A stretch of 64,000 nt of DNA, taken from IMG/VR virus record IMGVR_UViG_3300036770_003943, positions 1 to 64,000 of that record; one strand, 5' to 3'. Within the stretch, counting starts at the first letter, position 1. Each line of letters begins with the position of its first letter. The translations under genes were made by a program, and so were the position numbers. Below the pieces are notes generated by a model that was not told where the DNA came from, did not search any database, and saw nothing but the letters and a program-made list of their open reading frames with translations. Below, in pieces: positions 44,730-55,200 of the stretch.

Positions 44730-45995
44730 TTATTTCAATATCTGTTCTACTGTGTATTTTTTCAATGCCGATTCAAAAAAATCATTAAGCCTAAAATTGT
44801 AGTCTTGTTTGGTTTCTGCTACCTGTGCTTTGCCAATAATGCCTCGGGTTAAATTTTCTACATCAACTGGGTCCAAATATCCTTGACTCATGTGTTCTTG
44901 TACTTGAGAAAGAGATTTTTCTAACTCAGCATCTTCCAAAACAGGAAGAACCAAGTTAATTAGTTCGGTGGTATTAACTGTTGGACTTTCATATACAACA
45001 AATGAATATAGACTGGTGTCAGGCATTTCTTTTACTGTAATGCTGGTGCTTTCTTCGATTTGTTTTTTGAGTTCTTCGTAGGTTTTCATTGCTTCCATTT
45101 TAGCTTGGTACTCTTTTAAGTACCCATTAATTTTAGGAAGCAGGTCAGTTATGCTTTCATCAAATACATTTTTTGTTAGTTTTTCTTTTAAACTTTCGAT
45201 GTTTTCTTCGTTACTTTCGTGTACATCTTTCATTAAACGTTCTGAGTTGTACCTGCCTACAAGATCTTTGATTTCTGATAAACGCTGTCCTAAAGCAAAG
45301 TGTATATCATTGGCCTGTTCTTGTAACCCGTTGCTTTTAATGTAACGTGCTAACTGTAGTAATTGATTGCGCTCCTCACTTAGGCTAATAATTTTCTGTC
45401 CGATTTCATCGTAAGGAGTTCCGCCTTCGGCAACATGACGAGTCATTGTTCGTGCTGCGCCTAAATGAATGAAAGGAAATTTAAATCTTTCACCTTGATT
45501 GTTTTCGATAAAAAGTGCTCGAATATTTCTGCTTCGGCTACCATGTATTTCTTCGTTCACTGGTTTGCTGTGCCTAATAATTAGTTTGGCACCATTGGCC
45601 TGCTGGTAGCTAGTTTTTTGACTGCCAGCTATAGGGCCCAGACTTTCATTCATTTTAACCATATTTTCAACATCCTTTAATTCTATTTCTTTACCTGTAT
45701 AAGGACGCAAATCAACATTCATCCCAAACATTTTTGCTATTCCGTCTCGAATAGTATGATGTAATTTTTTAATTTTGTCGTAACCACCATCGCTATATTT
45801 TATTTTTATAACACGTTGATCTTCGCCGTCTTCTACTATTTCGACAGTAAACTTTTCATCTGTACTGTAAAAATATCTGCCTTTTTTAGCATTGAGAATT
45901 CTTTTTCCATCTTTGTCGAATATAATAACAGTATGTCCGAACCCTTTTAGTTGATCGAACACCCTATCAGCAACGGTATCGTAATCTATAGCCAT
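44730..45995 (-). CDS. Putative head morphogenesis/structural protein
   Basis: 421 aa, late TAAATA box, adjacent to terminase. Confidence 0.5.
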   Translation of the reverse strand: MAIDYDTVADRVFDQLKGFGHTVIIFDKDGKRILNAKKGRYFYSTDEKFTVEIVEDGEDQRVIKIKYSDGGYDKIKKLHHTIRDGIAKMFGMNVDLRPYTGKEIELKDVENMVKMNESLGPIAGSQKTSYQQANGAKLIIRHSKPVNEEIHGSRSRNIRALFIENNQGERFKFPFIHLGAARTMTRHVAEGGTPYDEIGQKIISLSEERNQLLQLARYIKSNGLQEQANDIHFALGQRLSEIKDLVGRYNSERLMKDVHESNEENIESLKEKLTKNVFDESITDLLPKINGYLKEYQAKMEAMKTYEELKKQIEESTSITVKEMPDTSLYSFVVYESPTVNTTELINLVLPVLEDAELEKSLSQVQEHMSQGYLDPVDVENLTRGIIGKAQVAETKQDYNFRLNDFFESALKKYTVEQILK

Positions 45996-46015
45996 GTATA
46001 TATTTACCTATTTTA

Positions 46016-47551
46016 TTAAATTATACCGATCGGCATTGGGGCAAGGAATTCGGTACTGTCTCGTTCTACTAGACGTTTGTAAGTTCTGTCGTCATATTTC
46101 ATTAAATGTTCGATAAGTCTAACAGCCAACAGGGTGCCCATAACTAAGTCATCTGTTTCACCTTCCTTAGCAGCGAAACTAGTTCCATGGGCTACAAATG
46201 TTTTAAATTCTTGTATAAGATTTTTACTTCGTGGCACCATCTTACCTGACTCTAGATAGTATTTTAGCTTGGTACAAGCAGCAATTTTACTTTTATTAGT
46301 AGTATTGAATCCTTTACGCTTACCACCAGGCTCGCTGAGAAAATATCCTGGTATTCGTTCTTCACCATATTCTTGTATGGCTACTAGAGCAGCTTCACCT
46401 AAAGTATTATTTTCAACGCTCCAGTATATTTGATCGTTACCTATACCACTATCTCTAACATGTTCGAGGATATTAATTAATACTCGCAATTGTCCACGCA
46501 CATCGGTTTTATTGTGCTGCCATTCTGCCACTTGAATTAAATCTGGTAATCTATATACTTCAATAGCAGCAGGATCTCCTCCGGTACCCAAGCTCGGGTC
46601 CCAAGCAATGACGTACATAGAGTCTTTTTCAATAGTGTCATATATGCGTAATTGTCCTATTCTACCAATAGGATCAACTCCTGACATATTAGCCAGGAAC
46701 ATACTGTTAATAAGAGTTTCATCGGCACTGATAAATTTACATTCATGTTCTCGCAAAAAGCGTTCTTCTCCGATTTTACTGCGTTCAGTATTTCCCCATT
46801 GGTCATCTCTATCTGGGTGATCACTCCATATATATTTTATACTGGCAAAACCATTCTTACCTAACTTTTGATTATTACCATATTCGTCAATGTTTTTTGT
46901 AGCTTCGTTCCAAATTTGAGCAAACTGATCATTATCTTGGTTTGGTGTGCTGGTAATAATACACTTACCGCCGGTTGCTAGGGTAGGACTCAATGAAGTC
47001 CAGAATTCCTTAGCGATACGTGGTGGTACAAACGCAAACTCATCTAAGTATACTAAGGTCAAGCTCATACCACGGCCAGTGTTTTCAGTTGTTGTGGCAC
47101 TGACTATTCTACTACCATTATCAAAGTCTATACTGCCTTTGTTATAGCTAGTAGCACCAGCTTTAATCCAACTAGGAACATTTTCATACATGAATCGCAC
47201 ACGTTGCATTATTTCTTGTGCGCCAGTGTATTTGTGAGCTGCTATTAATATAGTACTATCAGGCACAAACATAGCATACCAAAGCAAATAAGCAGCAGCA
47301 CAGGTAGATTTGCCCATCTGTCTACCTAGCATGTTAATGCTATATTTGTTTTGATGGTAGCAGGCTATTAGTTCGATTTGGTAATCATATAACTCGAAAG
47401 GTACACGACCTTTCGTCGGGTGCTGAATCCAAATATAGTTGCGTATAAAATATACAGGATCAGTAGCGGATTTAATAATTTCCGCTATCTGATTTTCTGA
47501 ATAATTTTCTTTTTTATATGCCGGCTTAATTAAACCTGCTTGAGTGCTCAT
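46016..47551 (-). CDS. gp17: Terminase large subunit
   Basis: RQMGKST Walker A, YLDEFAF Walker B, STPN, DPS.G.GGD, DDLVM nuclease motifs. Confidence 0.97.
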   Translation of the reverse strand: MSTQAGLIKPAYKKENYSENQIAEIIKSATDPVYFIRNYIWIQHPTKGRVPFELYDYQIELIACYHQNKYSINMLGRQMGKSTCAAAYLLWYAMFVPDSTILIAAHKYTGAQEIMQRVRFMYENVPSWIKAGATSYNKGSIDFDNGSRIVSATTTENTGRGMSLTLVYLDEFAFVPPRIAKEFWTSLSPTLATGGKCIITSTPNQDNDQFAQIWNEATKNIDEYGNNQKLGKNGFASIKYIWSDHPDRDDQWGNTERSKIGEERFLREHECKFISADETLINSMFLANMSGVDPIGRIGQLRIYDTIEKDSMYVIAWDPSLGTGGDPAAIEVYRLPDLIQVAEWQHNKTDVRGQLRVLINILEHVRDSGIGNDQIYWSVENNTLGEAALVAIQEYGEERIPGYFLSEPGGKRKGFNTTNKSKIAACTKLKYYLESGKMVPRSKNLIQEFKTFVAHGTSFAAKEGETDDLVMGTLLAVRLIEHLMKYDDRTYKRLVERDSTEFLAPMPIGII

Positions 47552-48363
47552 TTTTCAGATTTAAATTGTTTGTATTCTTTTATCATTTGCTGTTCACTGA
47601 GCGGATTATCTCCCTGACCAGCTGGTCTATTCAAAGCACTTCCGGGCTTACCTCTGCCACTGCCCTTCAATGCCCAATCACGAATATCACCGTAGGGTTT
47701 CGGATCTCGTTCATTAGTATGAATAGGTGTATTTTCCCATGCTTCTTGTGTCATTTGTTCTTGGCTAACCTGAGTTCCTTGTGCTACACCGGCCAACTTC
47801 ATTAACATCATTAGTTCAGCGGGATTATCTGTAGTAACATTTAAATTCTTATCACCACGCTGAATGTTTAACGTATAACGGTCAGGTGATTGCTGTTCCT
47901 GTGCTGCCATCGCTCCTGGCATACTCAATGGACTCATGTCACCACATTCTTCCAATGACTCCTTAGTAGCTTCCTGTTCATCATCTTCGCCGATACTACG
48001 TTTTTTCATTGAAGCAAGGCCAGCTTGACTGCTCGGATGGACTTGTGATCTTTCAAGATCGCCAAGACTTAGTGGACTACGCTTACTGGGAGGTAATTTC
48101 ATTTTATCTCGGGCTTGTTTTCCAGCTTCAATTGAATCAAACTCATCCTCATCATCCATTGGTGTTTCTTGAATAGACTGTAAGTGTCGCAAAACATTTT
48201 CAATATCTTCGTTTTTTTGTTTACGCATTTGTGCAAAGTCGTGTTTATCGATATCGCCGTCTTTATCTTTGTCTAGTTTTTTTTGGCCGCCTACAAGTTC
48301 CTTAGTTTCTTGTACAGTGACATCTAGTTGTTGTAGTTTAGTTAAAATATCAAACATTTCCAT
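47548..48363 (-). CDS. Hypothetical acidic protein (putative internal head/core)
   Basis: Low-complexity acidic sequence with D.D.DG..D..DF motif. Confidence 0.65.
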   Translation of the reverse strand: MEMFDILTKLQQLDVTVQETKELVGGQKKLDKDKDGDIDKHDFAQMRKQKNEDIENVLRHLQSIQETPMDDEDEFDSIEAGKQARDKMKLPPSKRSPLSLGDLERSQVHPSSQAGLASMKKRSIGEDDEQEATKESLEECGDMSPLSMPGAMAAQEQQSPDRYTLNIQRGDKNLNVTTDNPAELMMLMKLAGVAQGTQVSQEQMTQEAWENTPIHTNERDPKPYGDIRDWALKGSGRGKPGSALNRPAGQGDNPLSEQQMIKEYKQFKSEK

Positions 48364-48364
48364 A

Positions 48365-49018
48365 TTAGTCCCTCGCAAAGGTAGGCTGTTTACCTAGTTT
48401 AGCAGTTTTAGTTAAAGGGCTGGTCTTCACAGCATCTTTTGGATCTCCAATTATTGGTTCACTTAGAGGAACATCTGGGTCCTTTAGTTTTGGTTGCTTA
48501 GTCTCTTTTTTACGAGCATCGCTTAATTTTTTTAGTTCTTTAAGAAATGCGCTGTTATATTTGTCACCATATAAATCACTAGCTTTTTCTTCGGCTGCTT
48601 CATCTTTAGTGTAATCTGTGCCTATCTTAGCTTCTAACTTTTTTGGATTTTTTAGAAATTTTTCTTGTTCTTCGTCACGTTGAGCTTCGATTTCTCTTGG
48701 CTCATTGGCATTTCTGACTACTACTGATCCTTCAGGCAAGTCTAATAACTTAGCTAGTTCTATGTGTAACATTTCGGTGCTAACTGGCAAATTAGCAGTA
48801 AAATCTATAATATAAACTTCAGCCATATCCATGTTAGGAAAATCCAATGGACGTTTCATTAGTATTGTTTTGTTAGGACGACTTATACGCTCGGCATCAT
48901 ACTTTTCTAGATGATGTTCAATTTTATCCATCATTTCATCGGTAACATCACAGGCAATCTTAATCCGGATATCGTGTTTTTGTAAAATTGATTCTATATA
49001 TTCTCTAAGAGTTTTCAT
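48365..49018 (-). CDS. Hypothetical protein with MKTLREYIE N-terminus
   Basis: N-terminus resembles T4 capsid-targeting sequences. Confidence 0.7.
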   Translation of the reverse strand: MKTLREYIESILQKHDIRIKIACDVTDEMMDKIEHHLEKYDAERISRPNKTILMKRPLDFPNMDMAEVYIIDFTANLPVSTEMLHIELAKLLDLPEGSVVVRNANEPREIEAQRDEEQEKFLKNPKKLEAKIGTDYTKDEAAEEKASDLYGDKYNSAFLKELKKLSDARKKETKQPKLKDPDVPLSEPIIGDPKDAVKTSPLTKTAKLGKQPTFARD

Positions 49019-49036
49019 GGGTAGATCTCCAATAAA

Positions 49037-49441
49037 CTATTTATGCTTATGGCTATCTTTCTTTTTCCATTTAGAACTAGCAACTGGACTTACTTTGTTT
49101 ACTTGTTTATCTTCAACGCTTTTATTTTTAGGATTTGGATGTAATTCATCGGTCCAGACTAGACCATTGGCTTTATAAGCCTGTTTAAGCATATCTGTTT
49201 CATGTTTTGTGTAAGGATTAATTAAATTATTTCTTCCTACCCAGCTTTCGCTACTGCCTTTTAAGGGAGTAATACCATCAGCTTCTGCAGTTTTCATACC
49301 TAGTCTATACAAGTCGTAAACTCGATCAGCAGTACCAGATACTAAATGAGCACTAGGTAACGTGTTGATAGCATCAGTGTGAAGTCGACCTGCTGTCTTA
49401 GTGTAGTTTCTATCTTCGATTATTATTTCGCGAATTAGCAT
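49037..49441 (-). CDS. Hypothetical protein, paralog of 22586-22984
   Basis: MLIREIIIE start; shared internal motifs. Confidence 0.72.
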   Translation of the reverse strand: MLIREIIIEDRNYTKTAGRLHTDAINTLPSAHLVSGTADRVYDLYRLGMKTAEADGITPLKGSSESWVGRNNLINPYTKHETDMLKQAYKANGLVWTDELHPNPKNKSVEDKQVNKVSPVASSKWKKKDSHKHK

Positions 49442-49474
49442 GATAGTATCTAGCAAAATAAGCTAGATATCTTA

Positions 49475-49969
49475 TCATACTTTAGTATTATTATTTTTTA
49501 AGTTTTGATTAATAATGTTTAATATAGCATTTCTATCTGTATTAAGTTCCGTCGGTTTGTCTGCGTCTTCGTCTTTGCCTAGATCTTTTTGTAGCCTTGC
49601 TAGTCTCAACTGAAGTTCGACCATCTTAAGTTTTTTTTCTAACTTAGTTGTTTTAGCAGTTATAGCATTGCCCATCATAGTGCTAGCGACTTCGAATATT
49701 TTACCAGCATTGCGATCATCTACATTAAAGCCTAAATCCATTAATTTTTCATAACTATCCATAGCCTTATTGGCATATTCATCTAAATCCCTGTCCTCTA
49801 TTTCTAAGCCACGAACTTGAGGTAGTGCTTCGTTAATACGATTAGCCACAGTAAGTTGATCTTTAACACGTTCTATAGTGTCAGGCATAGGGATAATTTC
49901 TGCTTTAGGTGCAGGTTCTTCGTCGGGCTGTGAATCTATGTTAAAAAATTCTTCTAGTCGTTTAGTCAT
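49475..49969 (-). CDS. Putative terminase small subunit
   Basis: Helical 164 aa, DR..IL C-terminal motif, packaging-gene context. Confidence 0.5.
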   Translation of the reverse strand: MTKRLEEFFNIDSQPDEEPAPKAEIIPMPDTIERVKDQLTVANRINEALPQVRGLEIEDRDLDEYANKAMDSYEKLMDLGFNVDDRNAGKIFEVASTMMGNAITAKTTKLEKKLKMVELQLRLARLQKDLGKDEDADKPTELNTDRNAILNIINQNLKNNNTKV

Positions 49970-50433
49970 CTTTTTTTCACTCTTGTTGTTGATTTAGTCT
50001 TAGGTTGCCAATTCCGATAAATGTCTTCCTCAGTGAGTATTCTAAATTTCATACCATGTGTTTGACACCAAGCACGACATGCCTCCCATTTGGCCATATT
50101 CAAAACTACTGCAGCTTTTTCTTGCTGCGTTCGTGCCTGTTCTAATAAGGCTTGATTTCGAGGTTTAACTTCTATAACTTCGCTAATTTTATTCCCATTC
50201 TTGTCTTGATACGTAATTAAAAAGTCGGGATAATAAAAAGTATTTCTTCCAGTAAAAGGATTACGGTAAGGAATCCTGAGACTTTCACTAGCCCAAGCTA
50301 TTATATTGGGGTGGTTATCACAAAATCTCATGACTGTTAGTTCCCAACCACTGCGATATTTAGGATTATTATTGCCTATATATTTTTGAGGATTAACAGG
50401 ACTGAAAAAACCCTGTGTATAATTATTGGCCAC
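49966..50433 (-). CDS. gp4: Head completion nuclease (gp4-like, TnsA-type PD-(D/E)XK)
   Basis: YRSGWE...M.FCD, W.SE...IPY, Y.PDF, IEVKP, KW.AC..W, F.ILTE. Confidence 0.88.
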   Translation of the reverse strand: MANNYTQGFFSPVNPQKYIGNNNPKYRSGWELTVMRFCDNHPNIIAWASESLRIPYRNPFTGRNTFYYPDFLITYQDKNGNKISEVIEVKPRNQALLEQARTQQEKAAVVLNMAKWEACRAWCQTHGMKFRILTEEDIYRNWQPKTKSTTRVKKR

Positions 50434-50712
50434 TTAAACCGCCTGTTGTCTGATATTGGCAGGTATAAAGCTAGAATCAACGTAACCGATCTGACTGCTG
50501 TTAGTGCGTGAGTTATTTAAGCTAGCATATATTTCCTGATCAAACCTTATACCCTGACTACTAATACTACGAACAATTTTGTCCAAACTTATATCTAATT
50601 CTAAACTTATGGTATAAAGATTTTTACCTAATAGTTTAGCCTGCTCTGGACTAAAATTCAATGATAATAGTTTGCCGTAGAGTAAATCAAATTTATTTGA
50701 TTCTATAGCCAT
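50434..50712 (-). CDS. Hypothetical protein
   Basis: 92-aa ORF. Confidence 0.7.
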   Translation of the reverse strand: MAIESNKFDLLYGKLLSLNFSPEQAKLLGKNLYTISLELDISLDKIVRSISSQGIRFDQEIYASLNNSRTNSSQIGYVDSSFIPANIRQQAV

Positions 50713-51365
50713 TATAGGACATCACTAAAAGTAGTTGTAGGATTACTAGCAGGACTGATTTGTTCTGTATCTTCGTCGTAGGTAACACTTTCATATCTAA
50801 CACTAATTTGCCAAGTTACAGCATCGCTAGCACTATAATCCAAAGTGTCGTGCTGTACATCAACAATTTTAGGACGCCATAGAGTTACTGTGCTTTTATT
50901 TTCTAATTCAGTCAAATCTTGATTACTATTGTAAAATCTAATAATTTCAATCTTATCTAATGGACAATCTTTTGTGGTATCTAATAATTTTAAACCAAAA
51001 TCATCAAAACCTTTTCTTAGACTGGTTTTTTGTTGTGCGAAATTGCCGCTAATAATATTCATGTAGGCCTTGATAAACTTTTGAAATCTATTATCTAGAG
51101 TATCATTAAAACTCATACTAATAGGTTCAAAGTTCATTTTAGTAGGTATAGGTTGTCTGACATTCCAACTATTAGCTATTTCTGTATCTATGCTATACTT
51201 TGGTAATTCAACTGTTCGTACACTGTCAAATATAAGTCGAGCAGGAGTTTGTAGTTTATCTACATATTGACTGCTGTAAAATGCGATCTGATAATGGTAC
51301 TTAGTGCGGACTGTTTTTAGTCCGCCCAAGTTATACCATGTCATAGCCTGCGTTAAAGCTGCCAT
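50712..51365 (-). CDS. Tail-tube-like baseplate protein (gp19/gp54 fold)
   Basis: V.LPK..I, FEPI...F.D, .LDY......W.I..RYE. Confidence 0.7.
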   Translation of the reverse strand: MAALTQAMTWYNLGGLKTVRTKYHYQIAFYSSQYVDKLQTPARLIFDSVRTVELPKYSIDTEIANSWNVRQPIPTKMNFEPISMSFNDTLDNRFQKFIKAYMNIISGNFAQQKTSLRKGFDDFGLKLLDTTKDCPLDKIEIIRFYNSNQDLTELENKSTVTLWRPKIVDVQHDTLDYSASDAVTWQISVRYESVTYDEDTEQISPASNPTTTFSDVL

Positions 51366-51374
51366 TGACTATCC

Positions 51375-51986
51375 TTATGTGGCCTGATTACCTGCTCCGA
51401 TAGGTAATACGCCAGATGTTAGAGCGCCAGTTGTAGTTGCTGATGCTTGTTCATCGCTGTGAATATCAGCATTATCATAACGAATCTGCAGAGTGATTGT
51501 CATAACATCGCTGGTAGCGTAGTTATTCTCACCGTAGTTTACGTTTTGAATAAAACATCCAGCCAAGCTCCATGTTTCTAATACTTCACCTGGTTGACTG
51601 CCATCTAGCTGTTCTATTACCATGCCAAACTTATAATCACGACCTGCTACTGGAGCACTTTGTAAACCATGGCTCAATTGCTTTTGTAATTGACTGGCCA
51701 CATGCTTACTCACTGTATTATTAATATCATCTCTTAGAGTTAGCGTAATTGGTTCCCAGGTATGCTTACCAGCCACGTATACTTTACTATTATAGGCATC
51801 AATAGTAATCTCATCGTGTGTTAGGCTAGGTCTCGATACACTAACTGTATTTTGTGTAACTTCTACAGTAGGACCATTATTACGACCAAAATCAAATAAT
51901 AATACTCTGAATCTATATTGAAGTTTAGGCATAACCATTGAGTTACCGCCTACTGTAGGAACTCCAAACTGTGTTAAATCTGCCAT
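51375..51986 (-). CDS. gp19: Tail tube protein
   Basis: PKLQYRFRV, AGK..WEPITLT.RDD, W.L.GC....VNYG...Y, I.L.IRYDNA. Confidence 0.9.
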   Translation of the reverse strand: MADLTQFGVPTVGGNSMVMPKLQYRFRVLLFDFGRNNGPTVEVTQNTVSVSRPSLTHDEITIDAYNSKVYVAGKHTWEPITLTLRDDINNTVSKHVASQLQKQLSHGLQSAPVAGRDYKFGMVIEQLDGSQPGEVLETWSLAGCFIQNVNYGENNYATSDVMTITLQIRYDNADIHSDEQASATTTGALTSGVLPIGAGNQAT

Positions 51987-52013
51987 CTTAATCTCCTTCG
52001 GCTCATTTATTTA

Positions 52014-54431
52014 TCATGCTGATAATTCGCCGGTGTTGACCACACGAATTGGAATGTAAATGAATTCAGCTGCCTTGGCTGGTTCAATGGCTACATCAAT
52101 CCAAAGTTCGTTTCTGTCAATTCTGGCAGGTGTGTTATTTGTTTCGTCGCAAACAACAATAAAATCGTAGATGGCTCTTTTGGCTAGTAAATCTCCTAAA
52201 AAGCTATCAAATACTTGTTTAGCATTTGCTCTTGTAATTTTGTCGTTGGGCTCGAAAATAAACGGACGAGCTAACGGATCAAAACGCTCACGTAGGTATG
52301 CTAATAGTCTGCTTACATTAACACGGTCTAATGCGCTGGTAAAGTTTTGTAAAGTTCTTTGACCAAATACAAATAAACCTTGTCCTGGGAATCTAGCGAT
52401 GGGATTAATACCTACCCTGCTACCATCACCATATAATGTATCTCGTTGTCCAGGTGTTAAAGATACTGCGATAAATTCGCCTTCGCTGTTAATATAACCA
52501 ACATTGCTGGCATTTGTTACTACACCTCGTGTCAAACCAGCTGGAGCGAACCAAGGATAAGCAACTTGATCATTATAGGCAAATGTTCGTAGTGCTATAT
52601 GACTAGCAGGTACTACTACGTTATTACCGTCTAAATCTGTAGTCAATCCACTGGGATAATAGGCAGCAGCTTGATTCGTTGATGTAACTAGGCCATCTTC
52701 GCCATTAGTTGTGGCCAATGATCCAGACATCCAATCTAACAATGATTGTCCAGCCGGATTCAGTCTAAATGGTGTATCAACAATAATAAAACCTGTTTCT
52801 TTTCTATCAACGTTTAAAGTCAGCATTTCATCTAGTAATTCTGGATAGCCAGGAGCAGCAATTAGTGTAAAGTAAGTCATTTCTTCTCTAATTTGTGTAT
52901 TAGAACTTACTGCTGCCTGCATAGCTTTGACGACTGCTTGACGCTGTGCTTTTCTTAACATATATGGAGAACCATCTGCTTTGTTTCCACTGTAAGTTGC
53001 CCAAACTTTTGCGCCAGTTGGAACACCTGAACCATCTAGTACATTTGAATAAATTTTCACATTGCCTGTACTTACAATGCTGTTCCAGCATAATATACCG
53101 TTTGGATATAGTGCAGGATCTGGGGCATTAGTGTCTATTAGTGTAGCACCACCTGCATTGCTAGTATCACCTGCTGTGTCAGTTAGGTCAGCGAAAATTA
53201 CACCGTTTGGTGTAGTTTGATCAGCTGTGTCTCTTGCTACCCATGCTGAACCATCATAGACATAAATTGCCGGATAGTTTTCAATGTCGCTGTTATTGAT
53301 CCAAACGTCTCCGCCAGATGGACTAGTTGGTTCTTCACTGTCAATTGTCACTGTACCCGAAACTGGAATCCAGTTTCCACTACTCTTAGTATATAAATCA
53401 GCTGTTAAACTACTATTATACCATAATGTACCTAATGTTGGCTCAGATGTAGGAGCATCAGCATTAGCTTCTTCACCTAGGCTACTCCAAGATGTTGTAT
53501 AATAGCGCAGTTCGATATTTGCTGTACCGTCTGCTACTTTAGCGTACATTTTTCCGCTGACTAATGAACTACCAAAACCAGTAGTAGCTGCGCTATCAGT
53601 ATCATAAACAGGAACATTTTGAATTACCCATGGGCTGCTTGCTGGTAAATTAGCACTTACATATTTTTTAACAATTACTTTTAGACCATTGTTGGGAGTA
53701 GTTGTTTTAATCCAAACATCACCGATCGCTGTAGCAGTAGGAATATTGTAGTGTGCTCTAGCAAAAACAGTTTTTCCTAATCCAGCATTGGTACAAATGA
53801 CCCAAGAGCCTGATACTTTTTTGTAGAATTGATAGCTGCTTACTGTGCTGGTAGCAACAAGGGCATAATCACCGTTACTACCTATTGTGTTTAATGGAGC
53901 AACACCTAAACTACTAACTGTATCTGCCAAATCTGTAATTATTGTAACATCCTTGTTGACCCAACTCGCTGTGCCAGTAGCACTCGCTTCAAACAGACCG
54001 TACACACTAGTTGTTAAATCAAACCAAAACGTACCATTGGCCGGAGCACTACGAGGTTCTCCGGGATTACTTTCTAATTGTGCTAAATCAATATCTGCCC
54101 TTAGAGCATATGCTCTATTAGCAATACCCAAAAAACTATAGACTGCTAGTAGCCCATATTCATTCGTTTCAGCACCGTGTACTGGGGTGCCATCGATTAC
54201 TTTAAATTGTGGCTGACCAAAATATTCAACTAATTCACGCTGACTGGTCAGCAAATAAGGTTTGTTAGCATTAACTGGCTTGGTTGCTTCTGCATAACCG
54301 GTAGCACTAAGATTAACTTTATTTGATTCTGTGGCTAGAATAATTAACGGTACAGAACCTTGCCCTGCTGATCCATATTGGCTTTCGTCTGTAACTGTAA
54401 CTGATACGCCCGGGGATACTAGTGTAGCCAT
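52014..54431 (-). CDS. gp18: Tail sheath protein
   Basis: LVSPGV.V...DES, FG.P, PWFAPAG..RG, G.RT......LDR.NV.RL, FEPND..TR. Confidence 0.96.
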   Translation of the reverse strand: MATLVSPGVSVTVTDESQYGSAGQGSVPLIILATESNKVNLSATGYAEATKPVNANKPYLLTSQRELVEYFGQPQFKVIDGTPVHGAETNEYGLLAVYSFLGIANRAYALRADIDLAQLESNPGEPRSAPANGTFWFDLTTSVYGLFEASATGTASWVNKDVTIITDLADTVSSLGVAPLNTIGSNGDYALVATSTVSSYQFYKKVSGSWVICTNAGLGKTVFARAHYNIPTATAIGDVWIKTTTPNNGLKVIVKKYVSANLPASSPWVIQNVPVYDTDSAATTGFGSSLVSGKMYAKVADGTANIELRYYTTSWSSLGEEANADAPTSEPTLGTLWYNSSLTADLYTKSSGNWIPVSGTVTIDSEEPTSPSGGDVWINNSDIENYPAIYVYDGSAWVARDTADQTTPNGVIFADLTDTAGDTSNAGGATLIDTNAPDPALYPNGILCWNSIVSTGNVKIYSNVLDGSGVPTGAKVWATYSGNKADGSPYMLRKAQRQAVVKAMQAAVSSNTQIREEMTYFTLIAAPGYPELLDEMLTLNVDRKETGFIIVDTPFRLNPAGQSLLDWMSGSLATTNGEDGLVTSTNQAAAYYPSGLTTDLDGNNVVVPASHIALRTFAYNDQVAYPWFAPAGLTRGVVTNASNVGYINSEGEFIAVSLTPGQRDTLYGDGSRVGINPIARFPGQGLFVFGQRTLQNFTSALDRVNVSRLLAYLRERFDPLARPFIFEPNDKITRANAKQVFDSFLGDLLAKRAIYDFIVVCDETNNTPARIDRNELWIDVAIEPAKAAEFIYIPIRVVNTGELSA

Positions 54432-54492
54432 CTTGTTCTCCTTTTTAACTTAACTGTATTTAGTAAAAAATTGGAGAAAAGACGATATTTAT

Positions 54493-55146
54493 TCAAATGG
54501 CCATTTTTTGTGGTTCATGATGCACCAATTGGAATACTTGCTTGTACAAGTCATCAATGCTGTGATTATTGTCAATTATCGCATCAAAATTTGTAGCAGT
54601 CCAGCTATACTCACTGGAATGAATATTAAAAGTATCTAACTCACTTTTACCTAAGGCCCAGCCGATAGTACTCGGACCGCTCATATAGGCACGAGCAGCA
54701 TCCATCCAGGCTGGCTCATCGCCACGCACTACTCTAATAACGATGCCACCTTGGTTTTTAATTGCTTTAATTTCATTAGGAAATCTACAATCACTGATAA
54801 CAATATCGTCGTTGGTTTTTCTTAATTTGTTTTCTAAACTAGCCACCCAAATGTCATCATTAAAGTGATTACGTAAAACATCAGTGCCCCAATATTGTAA
54901 AACCCATCTTGGGGTAAGATGATCTATTTCAAGTCTATTAGACCACCAAGTGTCGACTTGTTCTCTCCATTGCCGGGCTTCTTTAGTTCGACCTTCTAGT
55001 AAAGTTCGATCCCATCCAAACACGGCCGCTACCGCATCCTTTAAGGTATTAGCAAAACTTTCTCGTCTGAACTCATGTACATTAACAAGGTAATCAGCAA
55101 TAGTATCCTTACCGGCACCTATAAGGCCACACACACCAATAATCAT
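54493..55146 (-). CDS. gp1: Deoxynucleoside monophosphate kinase
   Basis: G..GAGKDT, SFA..LK, TPR..LQ..GT, ISD.RFPNE, H.SE. Confidence 0.93.
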   Translation of the reverse strand: MIIGVCGLIGAGKDTIADYLVNVHEFRRESFANTLKDAVAAVFGWDRTLLEGRTKEARQWREQVDTWWSNRLEIDHLTPRWVLQYWGTDVLRNHFNDDIWVASLENKLRKTNDDIVISDCRFPNEIKAIKNQGGIVIRVVRGDEPAWMDAARAYMSGPSTIGWALGKSELDTFNIHSSEYSWTATNFDAIIDNNHSIDDLYKQVFQLVHHEPQKMAI

Positions 55147-55200
55147 AAGTTATCCCTCTTGATGTATTATATAGTATATAATGTCTCGATGTCAATTGAA

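Noticed and set aside
14996-54431. Inteins, introns or stop-codon reassignment in nrdA, nrdB, helicase, uvsX, terminase or sheath
   Set aside because: All are continuous ORFs of normal length under the standard code, and TAA, TAG and TGA are all used as real stops.
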